From IMG/VR virus record IMGVR_UViG_3300003322_000128, positions 1 to 64,000 of that record: 64,000 nucleotides of DNA. One strand, written 5' to 3'. Below, in pieces: positions 53,386-63,700 of this stretch (the first letter of the stretch is position 1; each line of letters begins with the position of its first letter). The position numbers and the translations under genes are program-made. Below the pieces are notes generated by a model. The model saw nothing but the letters and a program-made list of their open reading frames with translations, was not told where the DNA came from and made no database searches. The DNA is from a virus.

Positions 53386-53484
53386 ACAGCCTATGGAAAT
53401 GAGTCCGGGTTGTCTATGGCGCTAAGTGCAGCGCTACTTAGGTGGTTATACTTACCGACATACCCCGTCTTTGGACGGGGTTTT
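53386..53484 (+). ncRNA. candidate small RNA of about 100 nt
   Basis: Bounded by TTGACG-17-TATAAT and terminator 53462-53484. Confidence 0.5.
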
Positions 53485-53520
53485 GTCGTTTAATCTCCAT
53501 AGTGATATACTTTAATTACA

Positions 53521-55239
53521 ATGACTTATGTATATAGTGTATTGAGAGACGGACCTATTGGATTGTGGTCTTTTGATTCTCTACCACTTAATGATTCTAC
53601 TGGATATGGTAACAATGCCACTTATTCAGGTACTCCACAAACAACCCGCCCAATTGTGGCGGGCGGTGTTGCTGCTCAGTATCTAAGCTCAGACGACACA
53701 GTAAATTATCCAGTGTCCTCAATTATGATTGCTGGTCGAGAGTCCAGGGCATTTTCTCTGGAGGCGTGGATTAAGCCTCAAAGCGGTACAGCAGCAATCT
53801 TGGCAAGAGACAATAGCGGACTCTTCCTTGACGGATTGACCCTTAGATTCTCGATGGACTTTTCTTCACTGGTTAGTGTTATTTATGAACACTTGCAGGC
53901 TGGTGAAATCTATCATGTTGTAGCTGTCTATGATGGCAAGTCAATGGTTTTGTATGTTAACGGGGAAACTGTTGCCAGTTCTGATATTGACGACTCAGAG
54001 ATTTTGGCCGGGATTTCAGATACAACCACCAATCTTAAGACTACAATGACAACAACTATGGTTATGGATACTCCAGCAGTATATAACTATGGACTAGATT
54101 ACGTTCGTGTAAGCAGACATTACAACACTGGAATAAAGTACCCGCAAGTTGTCAATCTTTCAGCGAATAATTCTGGCAAGTATTATCTGTTCTCAGATGC
54201 ATACAGTTCGGTATATGACACAGTTTCATTTGGTGAAACTGATGACTGGAATTCAGGAATTTTCGCGGGTAATGTAACGTCAGTAGACGATGAGCTTGTC
54301 AATCTATTTGATGAAACAACAGGAGAGTGGCTTACTGGAACATGGACATACCAATATTCTGTAGCAGGAGACGAAGGTTCCGGTATTACACTCAATGGCT
54401 CAAGAATCACATGGGACTCGCTTGACACAATCACTGTAGAAACATCAACAGACAATGTAACGTGGACTCCAGTAACAAATGGCAGTTCAATTGTTGGAAC
54501 TCAGAGTCTGTCTTCTGGATGGGCTATTGCTGTCAGAGTAACTATTCCAACAACAACTGACCATCAATCCACTGTTAGCAACCTGAAGGTTGTATTTTAC
54601 ACAGACAAGCATATTAAGGGTTCCGACGAGTCTCTTGTTGCTTCATTTAATGCACCACTGACAGTCACATTGGCAGATATGGCATATCCACCAGCAAGTT
54701 TCAATGATAACGCCGGGGTTTTGTTGCCAGCATCCAATGGGATTTCAATTCCAGCAGACACAGACTTTGACCCTTATTCTGTAGTGGAGATGACTGTTAA
54801 ATTCGATACCAGCACAGCGAGTAAGACGGTCCTTGCCCTAGGTTCTGCTTCAATTACATCAAATGGTTCGGGCCAGTGGGTTTCTACAGGACTCACCGCT
54901 TTGTACGTTGATGGAGTATCGGTTTCATCACCATTTTCTATTGCTGCGGGAAAGTGGCACCATGTGTTGGCTGTATTTCCGGCAACAACAGATATTGTTT
55001 ATATTGGAAATAGTTCAGCAGGTTCTGCGGGCTACCCAATGAGGGTCGGATATGTTGCCTTGTATCCAGACACTATCACATCAGGCACAGCAACTGCAAT
55101 TTATGATGCTTGGGTTGGGGTAGCAGCAGTTCAGATGGAAGATGAGAATACATCGAACATTTCTGAGCATATTTTTTCAGATACTTCGTCACCATTCAGG
55201 GGATATTCATTCGATTGGTCTATTACGGGCGCCGGATAA
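53521..55239 (+). CDS. LamG/concanavalin-domain virion protein
   Basis: FSLEAWIKP, YHVVAVYDG...LYVNG; Ser/Thr-rich. Confidence 0.75.
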   Translation: MTYVYSVLRDGPIGLWSFDSLPLNDSTGYGNNATYSGTPQTTRPIVAGGVAAQYLSSDDTVNYPVSSIMIAGRESRAFSLEAWIKPQSGTAAILARDNSGLFLDGLTLRFSMDFSSLVSVIYEHLQAGEIYHVVAVYDGKSMVLYVNGETVASSDIDDSEILAGISDTTTNLKTTMTTTMVMDTPAVYNYGLDYVRVSRHYNTGIKYPQVVNLSANNSGKYYLFSDAYSSVYDTVSFGETDDWNSGIFAGNVTSVDDELVNLFDETTGEWLTGTWTYQYSVAGDEGSGITLNGSRITWDSLDTITVETSTDNVTWTPVTNGSSIVGTQSLSSGWAIAVRVTIPTTTDHQSTVSNLKVVFYTDKHIKGSDESLVASFNAPLTVTLADMAYPPASFNDNAGVLLPASNGISIPADTDFDPYSVVEMTVKFDTSTASKTVLALGSASITSNGSGQWVSTGLTALYVDGVSVSSPFSIAAGKWHHVLAVFPATTDIVYIGNSSAGSAGYPMRVGYVALYPDTITSGTATAIYDAWVGVAAVQMEDENTSNISEHIFSDTSSPFRGYSFDWSITGAG

Positions 55240-55334
55240 CCAACTTATGGACAAAACTTGCCTCTAAAGCTGAATTTTGACGCAAAACTTGCCTAAATTT
55301 GCTCATAGGCAAGGATAAAGGTATAATTTCTGAT

Positions 55335-55652
55335 ATGAAGACTACACGAAAGCAAATTGTAGAAGAGGTCCCCTGGGGTGTTTATGTCTGGGAAATGCCT
55401 GATGGTCGCTGGATTGGCGACGATGAAGGCAATTTCTTGAGTATTGCATCCATGAAGGGTGATAAGAAGCGAATGCAGCAGCTAAAGGACTCTGTTCGCT
55501 CATATGGTGTTACCGAGGGTAAGCCATTCTTCCTTTCTGGTCACAGAAAGGTCTCAGATGAAGAGTTCGAAAATCAGAAGCGACGCATGGAATTCGGTTT
55601 GATTCCAGATGAGCTTGATATTGCAGCGTTTAGAGAGGGTCAGGTTAGCTAA
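55335..55652 (+). CDS. hypothetical protein upstream of the portal gene
   Basis: GVYVW.MPDG..IGDDEGNFL. Confidence 0.7.
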   Translation: MKTTRKQIVEEVPWGVYVWEMPDGRWIGDDEGNFLSIASMKGDKKRMQQLKDSVRSYGVTEGKPFFLSGHRKVSDEEFENQKRRMEFGLIPDELDIAAFREGQVS

Positions 55653-57235
55653 TGGCAAATAAGGTTGTATCAGCAGAGGAAGAGTCAAGGGAAATTGAGG
55701 TTAAGGTAGGCTCAATCGTAGAATATTCGGCATCTTCTTCTGAAATTGATGTATTCTCAAAGTCAGCAGATGAAGTCCGTAAGATGGATGGAATCACTCC
55801 TGCCCTTAAGAGGAAGACGACTCGTGAAATCCAGAAGTTCCAACGTGGAACTGGTGGAGCAAAGACCAAGCGTGAAGAGCGAGACGAGATTACGGGGTAC
55901 AACCTATTTGAAGTAGTTATGCCACCCTATAATCTTGATTATCTAGCAGCTCTATACGAGAAGTCTTCTCCACATGCGGCAGCTGTTAAGGCTAAGGTCA
56001 AGAATATCGCCGGGTTGGGTTATCAGTTTGTAGAATCAGAGGCAACGAAGGAACTTCTAGACAGAGCAGAAGGAAATGAGTCTAAGCTTTCTCAGCTACG
56101 TAGGAGACTGTCCCGTGGTCGTATCCAGCTCAACGAGTGGCTTGACTCATGTAATGAAGAGGATGAATTCGATGAGACTCTAGGGAAGCTGTGGACAGAT
56201 TATGAAACCACCGGAAACGCTTACCTTGAGATTGGTAGAAAGAACACTGGAGAAATCGGATATCTTGGACATATTCCTGCAACTACATTGAGAATCCGTA
56301 AGCAGCGTGATGGATTTGTTCAGATTATCTCAAATCGGGCGGTTTTCTTTAGGAACTTTGGTGACAAGGAAACAACCGACCCAATTGGTCATGACCCACG
56401 TCCTAATGAGATTATCCACTTCAAGAAGTACACTCCTACACATGGATATTACGGTGTTCCTGATATCATTTCTGCAATGACGGCGGTTACTGGTAATGAG
56501 TTCTCCGCTCGATTTAATCTTGATTATTTTGAGAACAAGGCAGTTCCTCGTTATGTTATCGTTATCAAGGGTGGCAACCTTTCTGCTCGTTCAGAGCAGC
56601 AGATTCTAGAATTCTTCCAGGCTTCTTTGAAGGGTAAGAATCACAGGACTCTGTATGTTCCACTTCCAGCAGATGAGGAAGGCAAGAAGGTTTCGTTCGA
56701 AATGAAGCCTGTTGAAACTGGAACGCAGGATTCTTCGTTCAATAATTACCGAAAGGGCAATCTGAACGAAATTCTGATGGCTCATGGAGTCCCTATCTCA
56801 AAGGTGTCTCTTGGTGAGGGAGTTTCTTTGGCGGCGGCTAGAGATGCAGACAAGACGTTCAAGGAACAAGTATGTAGGCCAGACCAGAGAATTCTTGAAA
56901 AGAAGTTGAACAAGATTGTCAAGGAACTCACACAAGTATTTGTGTTGAAGTTGAATGAGCTTTCTTTGACTGATGAAGATACTCAGTCAAAGATTGATGA
57001 GCGTTACCTACGTCTTGGTACCTATTTGCCAAATGAGGTTCGTGCTCGTAAGGGTATGCCTGGCATTAAGGGCGGAGACAAGCCTGTAGAACTTAAGCCA
57101 CAGCAGGCGGCAGAGCAAAAGACTCAGGCTTCCGGTAATAGAAAGAGGGACCAGGAGCGTCAGGGTAATTCGACAGATTCCGCTTCCTCAAATAACACAA
57201 GAAATCCGCAAGGGGAAGGAAGACAGACCGCCTAA
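55652..57235 (+). CDS. portal protein
   Basis: TGNAYLE, EIIHFK, YYGVPD, YFENKAVP, NEVRA..G; position before protease and capsid genes. Confidence 0.9.
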   Translation: MANKVVSAEEESREIEVKVGSIVEYSASSSEIDVFSKSADEVRKMDGITPALKRKTTREIQKFQRGTGGAKTKREERDEITGYNLFEVVMPPYNLDYLAALYEKSSPHAAAVKAKVKNIAGLGYQFVESEATKELLDRAEGNESKLSQLRRRLSRGRIQLNEWLDSCNEEDEFDETLGKLWTDYETTGNAYLEIGRKNTGEIGYLGHIPATTLRIRKQRDGFVQIISNRAVFFRNFGDKETTDPIGHDPRPNEIIHFKKYTPTHGYYGVPDIISAMTAVTGNEFSARFNLDYFENKAVPRYVIVIKGGNLSARSEQQILEFFQASLKGKNHRTLYVPLPADEEGKKVSFEMKPVETGTQDSSFNNYRKGNLNEILMAHGVPISKVSLGEGVSLAAARDADKTFKEQVCRPDQRILEKKLNKIVKELTQVFVLKLNELSLTDEDTQSKIDERYLRLGTYLPNEVRARKGMPGIKGGDKPVELKPQQAAEQKTQASGNRKRDQERQGNSTDSASSNNTRNPQGEGRQTA

Positions 57236-57240
57236 TTTAA

Positions 57241-57675
57241 ATGGTTAAGATTCTAAGAAGGGCTTGGGAGAGCCTAGCCACAGCTTTGGCTAGGCCAATC
57301 AATAAAGTAGCCGCAGTAGTTTTGTCAGTTTATACATTTCTCTGGGGGTTCTGGATTGCCAACCCCTTCTGGGATGTTTTTGGAAATGCACATGTATATG
57401 ATTGGCTATCTAGTGTAGCCCCAGAAGAATATTGGGGTAGTATGGCAATGGCTGTTGGCGCAATCATGACTTATGGGGTAATTCGCGGCTCCAGAAAATC
57501 CTTGACGATTGGAGCATTTGTCGGTTTTATTCATTGGCTAATCATTGCCATGGGATATTTTGCGGGTGACTGGAGAAATACCGGTGGAATTACATCAAGC
57601 GCAATGGCACTTTATTGTGCAGCTATCTATCTAAACATCAGATACCTTCATTTTAAAGAAACACATCCCGAATAA
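57241..57675 (+). CDS. 4-TM membrane protein
   Basis: Four hydrophobic segments. Confidence 0.7.
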   Translation: MVKILRRAWESLATALARPINKVAAVVLSVYTFLWGFWIANPFWDVFGNAHVYDWLSSVAPEEYWGSMAMAVGAIMTYGVIRGSRKSLTIGAFVGFIHWLIIAMGYFAGDWRNTGGITSSAMALYCAAIYLNIRYLHFKETHPE

Positions 57676-57711
57676 TTTGCCTTTTTAAAAGGCGGCTGAT
57701 AATATACAACT

Positions 57712-59025
57712 ATGGAGATTAAGAAGGCTCAGTGGGCTTCAGATGGCGAAAGTATTCGTCTGACGATGCCACTTTCTAAGGTTGATAAGGAGAACCGCCT
57801 AGTTTCAGGGTGGGCCTCTCTTGACAACGCTGATAGCCAAGGAGATGTAGTTCTCAAGGAGGCCAACCAGCGTGCATTCAGCCGTTTCCGTGGAAACATC
57901 CGAGAGATGCATCAGCCAATTGCTGTTGGTCGCATGGTTGATTTCAAGGAAGACTCCTACTTCGACCAGGAGACGCAGAAGTTCTATAATGGAATTTTTG
58001 TTACAGTATATGTTTCCAAGGGTGCGCAGGATACTTGGGAGAAGGTTCTAGACGGAACGCTCCAGGGATTTTCTATCGGCGGTGCGATTAAGGATGCTGA
58101 GACTCAGTGGGTAAAGGAAGCAAATGCAGCCATCCGCTTTGTTAAGGACTATGACCTAGTTGAACTAAGCTTGGTAGATTCTCCAGCTAACCAGCTTGCA
58201 AATATCTTCTCTATTACAAAGTCATCTGATGGTGAGGTTGTAATGAAGGGAATTGTAGCAGATACTCATTCAGAGAATGTCTACTACTGTGAGCAGGATG
58301 GTATTGCTAAGACTTCCACTGATGAGTCAGCAGAATGCGGTAACTGCGGTTCCGCAATGCAAAACATTGGATGGTTTGAGTACGGCAGCGATGAAGAGAA
58401 GGCGGAAAAGGTTTCGTCACTAGTTGCTGCACGTAATTCTTCTAACACGAGCGGTTCAGAGGAACCAATCGCTAAGCAGGATACTGCACAAAACGAAGGA
58501 GGTGTAATCGTGGCAGAAGAGAACAAGAATTCTGAGACTGAGGTTCCGGCCGGTTCTACTTCAACTGAGGTTAACGAAGTTGCAGAAGAAGGAAAGGCTG
58601 AGACTGAAGTTGAGTCAAGCACAGAGACAGTAGCAGAAGAGGCAAAGAAGGAAGAGGAGACCGCCGACAATTCGGAGGTTGCTCCAGAGCCAGACATTGC
58701 AAAGATGTTTGGTGACCTACAGACTGCTATTTCGTCTGGCCTTGAGAAGAATGCAAAGGCGGCTGAGGAAGCAATTGCTAAGGCAGCAGAAGCATTCGAG
58801 ACCAAGGTAGGAGAACTTGTAGAGAAGCACGAAGAGCTTGTAAATAAGTTTGAGTCTCTAAAGACTGACATCGGTGGCGTTGAAAAGCGTCTTGAGGGTG
58901 TAGAGTCTGAGACTGCTATGAAGAAGTCCGGAGACCTAGGCGGGTCAACGGAGGATACCCTAAAGAAGAGTAAGGGTTCAACGTGGGGCGGGCGCTTCCT
59001 CGGCCTTTCCGACCTACAAAACTAA
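57712..59025 (+). CDS. capsid maturation protease fused to a scaffold-like tail
   Basis: VSGWAS..DSQGD, REMHQ, GFSIGG, ELSLVDSPAN; acidic coiled-coil C-terminus. Confidence 0.88.
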   Translation: MEIKKAQWASDGESIRLTMPLSKVDKENRLVSGWASLDNADSQGDVVLKEANQRAFSRFRGNIREMHQPIAVGRMVDFKEDSYFDQETQKFYNGIFVTVYVSKGAQDTWEKVLDGTLQGFSIGGAIKDAETQWVKEANAAIRFVKDYDLVELSLVDSPANQLANIFSITKSSDGEVVMKGIVADTHSENVYYCEQDGIAKTSTDESAECGNCGSAMQNIGWFEYGSDEEKAEKVSSLVAARNSSNTSGSEEPIAKQDTAQNEGGVIVAEENKNSETEVPAGSTSTEVNEVAEEGKAETEVESSTETVAEEAKKEEETADNSEVAPEPDIAKMFGDLQTAISSGLEKNAKAAEEAIAKAAEAFETKVGELVEKHEELVNKFESLKTDIGGVEKRLEGVESETAMKKSGDLGGSTEDTLKKSKGSTWGGRFLGLSDLQN

Positions 59026-59056
59026 TTTCTAGGAAATATGGAGGTGACACAAACAG

Positions 59057-60055
59057 ATGAGTAATACAGAACTACTAGAGAAGGTTATCCGTACTACCGA
59101 GGTTGGTTCCGGTGGTGGTGGTCTTCTTAACGCAGAGCAGGCAGACCGTTTCATTGATTACATGTGGGATGCAACTGTACTTGGTTCACAGGTACGTACA
59201 ATCCGCATGCGTGCAACGGAGCAGGACATCGACAAGATTGGTGTTGGAGAGCGTCTAATGCGTGTTGCAACTGAGGCTGTTGACGACGGTGTCAACGCTG
59301 GTGCGACATTCACCAAGATTTCTCTAACTACAAAGAAGTTGCGTCTTGACTGGGAGCTTTCAACCGAGTCTCTTGAGGACAACATTGAAGGTGACGCTCT
59401 TGAGGACCACATTGCGCGCCTTATGGCAACGCAGGCGGGTAACGACATTGAGGATGTTGCTATTAACGGTAACACCGCTCTTACTTCAGACCCGCTGATG
59501 AAGGCATTTGACGGTTGGCGTAAGCTAGCCCTTGCAGGTGGACACGTTGTTGACCACGCTGGACAGCCACTTAACCGTGCTGCTGCCAACAAGGCTCTTA
59601 AGGCAATGCCACGTAAGTACATGCAGCGACGTAACGGTCTTAAGTTCTTCACCGGTTCAAACCTAATTCAGGATTACCTATACGGTCTAACACAGACTGC
59701 TTCTGGCCTAATCAGCCTTGAGCAGGTTGCGCAGAACGTAACCCAGAACGGTGTTCGTACTGAGGGTCCTGCTGGATTTACCAGTCAGGCAATCTTCGGT
59801 GTTCCAGTTCAGGAGGTTCCACTATTCCTTGAGACAGTGGATGGTGACTACTCAGGTGCTACAGGTGACCATGGTGACCTATGGCTAACATTCCCACAGA
59901 ACATGCTTTGGGGTGTAAAGCGTGAGATTCAGGTTTACCGTGAGTTCAAGCCAAAGAAGGACACAATCGAGTACACAATGTACTGCCGTGTTGGTACACA
60001 GATTGAGAATGCAGACGCTTTCGTTGTTGTAAAGAACGTTAAGGTCTCAGCCTAA
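59057..60055 (+). CDS. major capsid protein (HK97 fold)
   Basis: GGLLNAEQADRFI, LSTESLEDNIEG, AINGN; position; terminator 60070-60094. Confidence 0.9.
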   Translation: MSNTELLEKVIRTTEVGSGGGGLLNAEQADRFIDYMWDATVLGSQVRTIRMRATEQDIDKIGVGERLMRVATEAVDDGVNAGATFTKISLTTKKLRLDWELSTESLEDNIEGDALEDHIARLMATQAGNDIEDVAINGNTALTSDPLMKAFDGWRKLALAGGHVVDHAGQPLNRAAANKALKAMPRKYMQRRNGLKFFTGSNLIQDYLYGLTQTASGLISLEQVAQNVTQNGVRTEGPAGFTSQAIFGVPVQEVPLFLETVDGDYSGATGDHGDLWLTFPQNMLWGVKREIQVYREFKPKKDTIEYTMYCRVGTQIENADAFVVVKNVKVSA

Positions 60056-60147
60056 AATTCTGTTTGACGAACCCCGCCCAAAAGGGCGGGGTTTCGTGTT
60101 TTACACAAGCTTCTGCTATAATGAAATCAACATGGAGGATATGATTA

Positions 60148-60537
60148 ATGAGTTTTGAGACACTAAAGAAGGAAGACCTTCTGAAGATTGCCGATGATTA
60201 CGGCGTAGAAACAAAGCCAACCGACACTAAGGCGGTCATTATTGCTGCGCTTGCTGAGGATGGCGTTAATTGGGAAGATGTTGCTAAGATGGACAAGACT
60301 GTTGCAGAACAGGATGCTGTTCTAAAGGAAGAGGCTGCTGAAAAGAAGTCTAATGGACCTAAGCAGCTTCTTAAGATGCTTCGTGCGAATGGAACATACG
60401 AAATTCGCGGGATTAAGTTCACCAAGGAACACCCATTTGCTCTTGTACCAGAAGATGATGCTGAGTATATCGTAGAAAGCGATGCTCAGGGATTCCGTTA
60501 CGCAACTCCAAAGGAGGCTGCGGAATATTATGGCTGA
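60148..60537 (+). CDS. hypothetical head-associated protein
   Basis: N-terminal HeH-like LKKEDLLKIA..YG. Confidence 0.65.
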   Translation: MSFETLKKEDLLKIADDYGVETKPTDTKAVIIAALAEDGVNWEDVAKMDKTVAEQDAVLKEEAAEKKSNGPKQLLKMLRANGTYEIRGIKFTKEHPFALVPEDDAEYIVESDAQGFRYATPKEAAEYYG

Positions 60538-60916
60538 TATTGTCTTCCCAGGAATGGCAGCGGGGGGTCCTATTGGACAGGACTATCTTCCTGCCAATTA
60601 TGACCTTGTGCTGTATAAGGGAGACTATCTACCATTTACAGTAACTCTTAAGGACAGCCAGGGTAATGCGATTGACCTAACGGGTCATACAGCAAAGTGC
60701 AGTCTAAGGACGTCCTTTGATGCAGTAGAATCTTTTGACGCAGATTGCACAATTACTCCGTCAGAGGGAACAATTGATATTGTATTTCCATCATCGTTGA
60801 CATCAACTTTGACAGCAAGTTCCTACATTTGGGATTTTCAGGTAACTGATGAAGATGGAAATAACAGAACGTATTTTGCTGGTGACGTCACAGTATACTC
60901 AGAGGTAACAAGGTGA
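60530..60916 (+). CDS. virion structural protein (BppU-like N-terminal domain)
   Basis: L.KGD...F.V.LKD..G.AIDLTG...YIWDFQV. Confidence 0.65.
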   Translation: MADIVFPGMAAGGPIGQDYLPANYDLVLYKGDYLPFTVTLKDSQGNAIDLTGHTAKCSLRTSFDAVESFDADCTITPSEGTIDIVFPSSLTSTLTASSYIWDFQVTDEDGNNRTYFAGDVTVYSEVTR

Positions 60917-61467
60917 CAACCCCATCAGGGCCAATTAATATTGAAATTGTGCAGGCGGAGTCCCCAATGGTATCTATTACCAGGACTCCGCCACCTGGTG
61001 TTTCTGTTTCAGGTTCTGGGCCAAGAGGTCCGCAGGGAATTCAGGGACCTACAGGGGCTACCGGAGCGACAGGGCCCAAAGGAGATAAAGGCGACACTGG
61101 TAATACTGGTGCAACAGGAGCCACGGGCGCAACTGGTCCTGCCGGAAATAATGGTACAGATGGTGCACAATGGTTGAATGGAACAGTAAATCCAACAAGT
61201 GGCCAGGGTGTTGTTGGAGACTGGTTTATTAATACAACAAGTCAGGATGTATTTAAGAAGACTAATTCAACCACATGGACATTGCAAGTCAATATTAAGG
61301 GTGCCACTGGTGCTACTGGAAGTACAGGTGCGCAAGGTGTCAAGGGCGATACTGGAGCAGCCGGACCAAATAATTTGGTTATTGTTACGGCTGGAACTGC
61401 ACTACCAACCGACCCAACAGAACTAGCTGCTCTTGAAGGCAAGTTGTGGGTGGAGTACACGCCATGA
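60913..61467 (+). CDS. collagen-repeat virion protein
   Basis: Gly-X-Y repeats. Confidence 0.8.
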   Translation: MTTPSGPINIEIVQAESPMVSITRTPPPGVSVSGSGPRGPQGIQGPTGATGATGPKGDKGDTGNTGATGATGATGPAGNNGTDGAQWLNGTVNPTSGQGVVGDWFINTTSQDVFKKTNSTTWTLQVNIKGATGATGSTGAQGVKGDTGAAGPNNLVIVTAGTALPTDPTELAALEGKLWVEYTP

Positions 61468-62246
61468 CAGGAGTTCTACTTGGTGAGTGGGGATTTCTCG
61501 ATAATCTGAATGATACATCTGGTCATGGTCATACAGCTACTGTAAATTACACTCCAACGTATGTAAATGGACCTCATGCTGGTTCACGGGGGATTACATT
61601 TTCGGCAGACGGACAGACTATTACTTATGGCCGAACAGGTCTAGAACCAGTCGCATCAGACGGGGGTGTTTGTATGATGGCTTGGGTTAAACTTTCGGCA
61701 TCATCAACCGGATATCTTGGAGTTATCCATAAGCACAGAGACCCAAGCTCATTGTCTACTAGAGCAGGCTGTGACATGATTGGGAACAAGTTCAGACCAT
61801 TTGCGAGATGGCGTGACCAGCTAGCTTTTGCAGATGGAATTGGCCCGGATTTGAACGATAACACTTGGCATCATCTTGCTGTAGTAGATGCAGATGACAG
61901 ATATGAATGGTATGTCGATGGAACAAGTGTTCAGTCTGCAAGTAGAACGGGAACGGGAAGTGTAACTTGGGAGCCTTATCCATGGTTTAGTGGTTTTACT
62001 GCGGACATGCATTCAAGCTCTCTGCTTTCAATTTCTGGAGTGAGGATTTTTTCCGGGTCACTGACAACAACTGAAGTAAATACATGGAAGAACACTGCTA
62101 TTACATCTGCTCAGCCGGGAAATATTATTGTGGGCGGTATTAAGAAGCCGGTTTCTTCAAAGTCTGCCATTGTCGGCGGGGTTAAGAAGTCAGTTTCAGG
62201 TGCATATGTTATTGTAGGTGGAGTAAAGAAGCCTGCAAACCTATAA
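61464..62246 (+). CDS. LamG-domain virion protein
   Basis: [19 protein letters not shown]...WYVDG. Confidence 0.7.
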   Translation: MTGVLLGEWGFLDNLNDTSGHGHTATVNYTPTYVNGPHAGSRGITFSADGQTITYGRTGLEPVASDGGVCMMAWVKLSASSTGYLGVIHKHRDPSSLSTRAGCDMIGNKFRPFARWRDQLAFADGIGPDLNDNTWHHLAVVDADDRYEWYVDGTSVQSASRTGTGSVTWEPYPWFSGFTADMHSSSLLSISGVRIFSGSLTTTEVNTWKNTAITSAQPGNIIVGGIKKPVSSKSAIVGGVKKSVSGAYVIVGGVKKPANL

Positions 62247-62290
62247 CTCAATTTTAGGTTTTATATATTCAAATGTGATATACTGACGAC

Positions 62291-63211
62291 ATGGAAATCT
62301 ATAGAAATGAACTAGCAAATATTGACCTGAAGGTGCCTGTCACTGCGGTCAGTGGAACCTTTGAGGTAGCTGCCTATGAAGGTAACACACTGCTGTACAC
62401 GTTCGCAACTGTATCACAGATTTCTGGTGGCTATAGAGTCGTGCTTCCATTCAGCCTTGTTCAGTCAGATAAGACTATCCAGATTAGATGGAAGTTCAAT
62501 TATGTTGAAAATTCTGTAACCAAGACATACAACTACACTACTGTTGTTGATGTTGTGACTCCGTATGTGACTTTGGATGAAATTAAGGAAGCTATTCCTG
62601 AAGTTTTGACCATGTTCGATACCACTGACAAGATGGACCTTGAGCTGAAGAGGCTTGAGAGAAGGATTCGCGGCATTATTGATAATTATACCGGGCAGTC
62701 ATTTGGCAGGTATGTTGGAACACGTGAGGTGATTGGTTCTGGTGATGAAGAGCTTAAGCTTTCTGATAGGCTGGTTTCTCTAGAAAACATTGCTGGAGCG
62801 AATATTATTTACTCAAGTGACGGCATTTCTTCTCCTGGCCTTTACACTTCTAGAGGAGACGGATGGTACATTGGATTTTCCGCCCCAACTCCTACAGGTG
62901 ATTATGTGTTTGAGAATGTTATCAGAGACCCGGACAGTGTTTATTCGCGCGGGTTTAGGGATAATTTTGTCTATACAATTACTGGAGTATGGGGATGGGA
63001 CGATGTTCCTGCCGAAGTTAAAGAAGCAGCCCTGTCACTTTGTGAAGATGAATTGTGTCCACAAGCAGAATATAGAGACAGATACTTGAAGAGCATTTCT
63101 GGAGATGGCTGGAGATACGAGTACAATCCAAATGCTTACTATGGAACAGGAAGTGTGATTGTAGACCAGCTTCTTGAGCCTTTCCGACGTAGCACTATGG
63201 TTGTGATTTAA
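62291..63211 (+). CDS. head-to-tail adaptor
   Basis: PYVTLDE, IDNYTGQSF, GVWGW..VP..VKEAA, TG..IVDQLL. Confidence 0.7.
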   Translation: MEIYRNELANIDLKVPVTAVSGTFEVAAYEGNTLLYTFATVSQISGGYRVVLPFSLVQSDKTIQIRWKFNYVENSVTKTYNYTTVVDVVTPYVTLDEIKEAIPEVLTMFDTTDKMDLELKRLERRIRGIIDNYTGQSFGRYVGTREVIGSGDEELKLSDRLVSLENIAGANIIYSSDGISSPGLYTSRGDGWYIGFSAPTPTGDYVFENVIRDPDSVYSRGFRDNFVYTITGVWGWDDVPAEVKEAALSLCEDELCPQAEYRDRYLKSISGDGWRYEYNPNAYYGTGSVIVDQLLEPFRRSTMVVI

Positions 63212-63700
63212 TTGATTAGATGTCTAGCAAGTGCGAAGTTCAGTATGCTGGCAGACATTGTGAAGCCTGATGCTGCACCAGATGATTCTTCATCATCAAC
63301 AGGTCATTGGGAATGGGTTCAGGACCCTGATTCCTGGGCTTTCATTCAGGTTTGGGTAACAGATGACCCAAATACCCCGGATGTGGAAGGTCATGTTGTC
63401 ACAGTTAAGTGTCGTGCTAAGGCTGCAATGACCGGAAGCATCCGAGCAGCAGAACAGTTTGGCTCAGAGTATTTGAATGAGGAGTGGGTTAAGCTCGAAC
63501 TACCATTTAATGCCGATATTACTCTGAGAGACAGAGTAGCCAATATCAGGACTCTCAAGGGACAGACTCTTTGGTCTGAAGAGGAATCTGATGGCAATCC
63601 ACCAACTACATTCGATGTATTCAGGGTTTCTCCTGAAATCGACGGGTTTGGAATGCTTATTGGCAAAATTGCTCTAGTCAAGAGGGCGGTTGTTCAATAA
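63212..63700 (+). CDS. head-to-tail stopper-like protein
   Basis: Position after the adaptor; I..RDRV.NI. Confidence 0.6.
   Translation: MIRCLASAKFSMLADIVKPDAAPDDSSSSTGHWEWVQDPDSWAFIQVWVTDDPNTPDVEGHVVTVKCRAKAAMTGSIRAAEQFGSEYLNEEWVKLELPFNADITLRDRVANIRTLKGQTLWSEEESDGNPPTTFDVFRVSPEIDGFGMLIGKIALVKRAVVQ

Noticed and set aside
61012-61368. Repetitive GGN-NNN-NNN DNA
   Set aside because: Ordinary collagen-like Gly-X-Y coding repeat
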